From: Scyliorhinus canicula
Lineage: Eukaryota
NCBI RefSeq assembly: GCF_902713615.1
Contig: NC_052147.1
Coordinates: 113,859,359-113,923,358 of the forward strand
Length of the DNA stretch: 64,000 nt
Direction: 5' to 3'
Made by a program: the position numbers and the translations under genes. The stretch's first letter is position 1, and every line of letters starts with the position of its first letter. The notes below the pieces were generated by a model that searched no databases, had not been told where the DNA came from, and saw only the letters and a program-made list of their open reading frames with translations. Below are positions 61,991 to 64,000 of this stretch, one piece after another.

Positions 61991-62112
61991 GCAGCGCCGT
62001 TCTCGCGCTAAAGGTGAATGAGGTTCAAACGAAGGGGCGACATTTGAATGTGTTCGGTTTCCGGATTTATGCACAAAGGATATGCGAGCTGTACTTGAAA
62101 CCAGTTCAAGTA

Positions 62113-62304
62113 CTGGTTTAGCGGGGCTGCTTTAGCACAGTGGGCTAAATAGCTGGCTTGCAATGCAGAACAAGGCAGCAGCGCGGGTTCAATTCCCGTA
62201 CTGGCCTCCATGAACAGGCGCCGGAATGTGGCGACTAGAAGCTTTTCACAGTAACTTCATTGAGGCCTACTTGTGACAATAAGCTATTATTATTATTATT
62301 ATTA
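62113..62304 (+). mobile_element. Short tRNA-derived SINE with (TTA)n tail
   Basis: GGTTCAATTCC B box; same family as 54118-54337. Confidence 0.9.
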
Positions 62305-63525
62305 TTTGGAGCGCCAAACAAGGAGAACACCCCCCCCCCCCCCGACAGGCCGGACGGCGGAAGAGGAGCCGGAGCGGCAGCGGAGGAGCCGGAGGGCGGC
62401 AGCGGAGGAGCCGGAGGGCGGCAGCGGAGGAGCCGGAGGAGCCGGAGCGCGGCAGCGGAGGAGCCGGAGGAGCCGGAGCGCGGCAGCGGAGGAGCCGGAG
62501 GAGCCGGAGCGCGGCAGCGGAGGAGCCGGAGCGCAGGAGCCGGAGCGCAGCGGAGGAGCCGGAGCGGAGGAGCGGCAGCGGAGCGGCGACGGCAGAGGAG
62601 AGGCAGCGACAGGGGGGCCCAACAGCAGCAGGTCCAACCCCTCTCCCTCCCCCCCCCCCTCCACGCGGGGCAGGAGCGGTGCGGCGGCGGCGGCCCCTCT
62701 TCTCTTCCCCCCCCCCCCCCCCCCCCACGCGGGCCAGGAGCGGTGCGGCGGCGGCGGCCCCTCTTCTCTCCCTCCCCCCCCACGCGGGGCAGGAGCGGTG
62801 CGGCGGCGGCGGCCCCTCTTCTCTTCCCCCCCCCCCCCCACGCGGGCCAGGAGCGGTGCGGCGGCGGCGGCGGCCCCTCTTCTCTCTCCCCCCCCCTCCC
62901 AACCAGCAGCGGGACCCCCCCCCCACCCAGCAGCGGGACCCCCCCCCTCCCAACCAGCAGCGGGACCCCCCCCTCCCAACCAGCAGCGGGGACAACCCCC
63001 CCCCCCCCAGCCAGCAGCGGGGACCCCCCCCCCCCCCCCAGCCAGCAGCGGGGACACCCCCCCCCCCAGCCAGCAGCGGGGACACCCCCCCCCCCCAGCC
63101 AGCAGCGGGGACACCCCCCCCCCCCAGCCAGCAGCGGGGACACCCCCCCCCCCAGCCAGCAGCGGGGCACCCCCCCCCCACAAGCAGAGGGGACACCCCC
63201 CCCCCCACAAGCAGCGGGGACACCCCCCCCCCAAAGCAGCGGGGACACCCCCCCCCCAAGCCAGCAGCGGGGACACCCCCCCCCCAACCGGCAGCGACCA
63301 CCGGCCCACTCGCCCCCCCCCCCCCCCCCCAACTGCAGTGACCACCACGTGGCAAGGACAAAGAGACAAAGGGACTCTCTCTCTCTCTCTCCTGGTTGAG
63401 TGGGGAGAGAAGACAAAAAAAAAAGAGACTTGTATTTCTGTTCTTTTTTTTTTTAAAAAAAAAACCCAAAAGAAAACTGGTAAAGAGAAAAGGGGTAGGG
63501 GAAATAAATTAAAAAAAAAATAAAT

Positions 63526-63556
<31 letters not shown>

Positions 63557-64000
63557 GATATAATAATAAATAAAATAAAAATAGGGTGCGGAAAAGGGGG
63601 AAAAGAAGAACAAGGAGAGAAGAAAAGATGAAGGGGAAGGGGGAGAAAAAAATGCCAGAAGGGAACCAAGAGAAAGGGGGCACCGGAAGTAGACGGGGCA
63701 AAGCGCAAGCCAGCTCGGGCGAACGAGTCAACACGCGAAGCGGCGGGAAGAATGTTTCGCCGCATCCAGAAGAGCTGGACGGGCGGGCAACCTCTCCCCT
63801 GGGGTTAGAGGGGGGCGTGAATTGGAAGGAAGCCTTTGCCGAGGTGGTGAGGGAGCAGCTGCAGGCAATCAAGGCAGAGTTAAAAGCAGACGCAGAGGCC
63901 GCAGCACAGGCAGCAGTGACCAGGGCCATGTCAGGGGTGCAGCAGGTTCTGACCAGATTGGAGAAGAAAGTGGATGCCCAAGGGAAGATACTGGAAGCCC
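62305..64000 (+). mobile_element. 5' part of a probable young L1 with GC-rich tandem-repeat UTR, runs off the window
   Basis: CpG-rich arrays, A-rich spacer, then an open coiled-coil ORF. Confidence 0.7.
63628..64000 (+). CDS. Probable L1 ORF1p N-terminus (partial)
   Basis: Open from ATG 63628 (second in-frame ATG 63652): MPEGNQEKGG...WKEAFAEVVREQLQAIKAELKADAEAAAQAAVTRAMSGVQQVLTRLEKKVDAQGKILEA; heptad pattern, diagnostic RRM lies beyond the window. Confidence 0.68.
   Translation, partial: MKGKGEKKMPEGNQEKGGTGSRRGKAQASSGERVNTRSGGKNVSPHPEELDGRATSPLGLEGGVNWKEAFAEVVREQLQAIKAELKADAEAAAQAAVTRAMSGVQQVLTRLEKKVDAQGKILEA

Noticed and set aside
62235-63765. 380-490 aa Gly/Pro-rich ORFs in all six frames
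   Set aside because: GC-rich repeats lacking stops; no domain signal.

Overview
Vertebrate nuclear DNA, almost certainly a shark (HE1-type V-SINEs, HER1/CR1 tails, Deu-domain SINEs). No host protein-coding gene could be identified, so the window looks intronic or intergenic, and most of it is nested transposable elements. Content: at least five L1 copies of two families, one of them very young. A 7.2-kb decayed Harbinger transposon with related MITEs. An internally deleted Gypsy LTR element with both LTRs, and seven solo LTRs. CR1, L2, Penelope-like, Rex-like and pogo fossils, more than 20 SINEs, and several TE-born minisatellites that explain most long ORFs in the track. Best leads: (1) The Gypsy element has no tRNA primer-binding site; the 12 nt after its 5' LTR are the exact complement of the LTR's own poly(A)-signal region, next to a terminal U5 hairpin also seen in a second LTR family, suggesting self-priming with a geometry unlike Tf1. 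(2) One V-SINE head occurs with three different 3' tails whose insertion signatures point to three different LINE partners. (3) A 5'-intact, 3'-truncated L1 fragment carries a 16-bp TSD, consistent with internal priming. (4) A perfect 63-bp templated insertion copied from 2.3 kb away. All coordinates were read by eye and family names come from motif recognition, not database searches.
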